A stretch of DNA of 44,968 nt, from assembly GCA_039812085.1 (NCBI GenBank), contig JBDHZU010000003.1:1-44968 (forward strand), given 5' to 3'. Each line of letters opens with the position of its first letter. The stretch's first letter is position 1. Origin of the DNA: Candidatus Nanopelagicales bacterium (lineage in GTDB: Bacteria; Actinomycetota; Actinomycetes; S36-B12; UBA10799). A program made the position numbers and the translations under genes. The notes under the pieces were generated by a model. That model did not search any database and was not told the origin of the DNA. It saw only the letters and a program-made list of their open reading frames with translations. Below, in pieces: positions 43,375 to 44,968 of this stretch.

Positions 43375-44797
43375 GCGCCGCCACCGCATCCTCATGCTGC
43401 ATCGGTCCGTTGTCTAACCGCAGTTCCAGCAGATGGTTGTACGCCTGTCCCACTTGCTTACCCGGTCCAATATTCAGAATCTGCATGATCTCGTTGCCAT
43501 CCAAATCTGGGCGAACCGCGTCCAACTGCTCCTGCTGCGCCAGCTCGGCAATTCGCTGTTCCAAACTGTCGTAGTTGGCTTGCAGAGCAGCGGCTTTACG
43601 TCGGTTACGAGTCGTGCAGTCTGCGCGGGTCAACTTGTGCAATCGGGTCAGTTGATCACCGGCATCACGTACGTAACGACGGACAGCCGCATCCGTCCAC
43701 GAGCCATCGGCGTAGCCGTGGAATCGCAGATGCAGGAACACCAACTTGGTGACCTGTTCGATGACCTCTTTGGGGTAGCGCAATTGCTGTAGGCGCTTAC
43801 GGGTCATCTTCGCGCCGACGACCTCGTGGTGATGGAACGAGACACCTCCACGCGGCTCGAAGCGCCGAGTTTTGGGTTTACCGATGTCGTGTAGCAGGGC
43901 AGCTAAGCGCAGCACCAAATCTGGATCCGTCGTTGGCTCATGGGATTGCTCCAGCGCAATCGCTCGTTCCAACACCGTGAGGCTGTGTTCGTACACATCC
44001 TTGTGGCGGTGGTGTTCGTCAATCTCCAACTGAAGTTGCGCCAGTTCCGGGACGACGTATTGGTCGATTCCGGTCTGCACCATCATGGTCAGTCCACGTC
44101 GCGGATCAGCAGACAACAACAGCTTGGACAGTTCGTCGCGAATCCGTTCCGCAGACACGATCGCCAACCGGTCCGACAGTTCGACCATTGCAGCCAACGT
44201 GTCGTCGTCCACCACGAAGGACAGCGTGGAAGCGAACCGAGCTGCTCGCAACATTCGCAATGGATCGTCAGAGAAGGATCGCTCCGCCGGGCCGGGCGTA
44301 CGAATCGTGCCTTGCGCCAGATCATTGATTCCGCCGTACAAATCCACAAACTGGCGATCCGGCAGCGTCACGGCCATCGCATTAATGGTGAAATCGCGGC
44401 GCTGCAGATCGTCAGCCAGCGACTCTCCATAGGAAACCTCCGGCTTGCGGGAATCCGCGTCATACGACTCCGCTCGATACGTCGTGATTTCAACGCGAAC
44501 GCCGTTCTTCATCGCACCGACCGTGCCGAAACGGATTCCCACGTCCCACACCGCGTCTGCCCAACCGTTCAGCAAGCCTTCCACGACTTCCGGCATGGCG
44601 TTAGTGGTCAAATCCAGATCATCACTGTGTCGCCCCAAGAGGCAATCTCGGACGCATCCACCCACCAAGGCCAGCTCGTAACCGGCCTGTGCGAACACCT
44701 CTCCAAGCTGGGCAACCGTCGAAACCAGCTCGTCGAATGCCTCACCGGCAAGATTCAACGGATGGATGACAGGAGCGGCCTGTTCGATCGGGTTCAC
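43337..44797 (-). CDS. cca: CCA tRNA nucleotidyltransferase (with HD domain)
   Basis: Motifs LVGG.VRD, DLDLTT, EITTYR, DL.RRDFTINAMA, DDPLRMLRAARF, ERIRDE, HKDVYEHSL and LLHDIGKP. Start inferred at the GTG at 44797. Confidence 0.95.
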   Translation of the reverse strand: MNPIEQAAPVIHPLNLAGEAFDELVSTVAQLGEVFAQAGYELALVGGCVRDCLLGRHSDDLDLTTNAMPEVVEGLLNGWADAVWDVGIRFGTVGAMKNGVRVEITTYRAESYDADSRKPEVSYGESLADDLQRRDFTINAMAVTLPDRQFVDLYGGINDLAQGTIRTPGPAERSFSDDPLRMLRAARFASTLSFVVDDDTLAAMVELSDRLAIVSAERIRDELSKLLLSADPRRGLTMMVQTGIDQYVVPELAQLQLEIDEHHRHKDVYEHSLTVLERAIALEQSHEPTTDPDLVLRLAALLHDIGKPKTRRFEPRGGVSFHHHEVVGAKMTRKRLQQLRYPKEVIEQVTKLVFLHLRFHGYADGSWTDAAVRRYVRDAGDQLTRLHKLTRADCTTRNRRKAAALQANYDSLEQRIAELAQQEQLDAVRPDLDGNEIMQILNIGPGKQVGQAYNHLLELRLDNGPMQHEDAVAALKQWWANQNENG

Positions 44798-44968
44798 GAT
44801 CAGAGACCTTAGTTGGCTGCCGAACACCGTGTAGGCGTCTATTCTGCCGAGCATGCCTGATGTGCCGCCGGAATCCGAGGCCACCGACCATCCGGTGCCA
44901 TTGCCGTCGGCTATTCGAACCCCTGCGCGACCCAACGCTCCTCGCGAAGAAACCAGCGCGGGTGGACT

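Overview
A roughly 60% GC actinobacterial chromosomal segment. The right half follows the origin-proximal backbone known from Streptomyces-like genomes: cca, MFS, ino1, padR, DUF5318, ponA, GT87, racemase-like gene, femX, nfo, rpsF-ssb-rpsR-rplI and dnaB. The left half carries accessory and metabolic genes: a DHA2 MFS, an aromatic aminotransferase, an M23 peptidase, a CHASE3-HAMP-PP2C phosphatase, a ROK kinase with a histone-like tail, an orphan solute-binding lipoprotein, a PAS-GGDEF-EAL protein, an Sdh1-type succinate dehydrogenase, two CNNM/CBS proteins, and a family 2A encapsulin with its cysteine desulfurase cargo. The most intriguing element is a block of about 6.4 kb (30.7-37.1 kb) lying between GT87 and ponA. 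It encodes a PIG-L deacetylase with an Arg-rich tail resembling c-di-GMP-binding motifs, a secreted TIM-barrel hydrolase-like protein, a PHP hydrolase, a processive membrane GT2, a 57-aa membrane peptide and an ATP-grasp ligase. I read this as a candidate uncharacterised pathway for a modified glycan. No rRNA, tRNA, CRISPR array or mobile element was seen. All family assignments come from motif recognition by eye; no searches were run.
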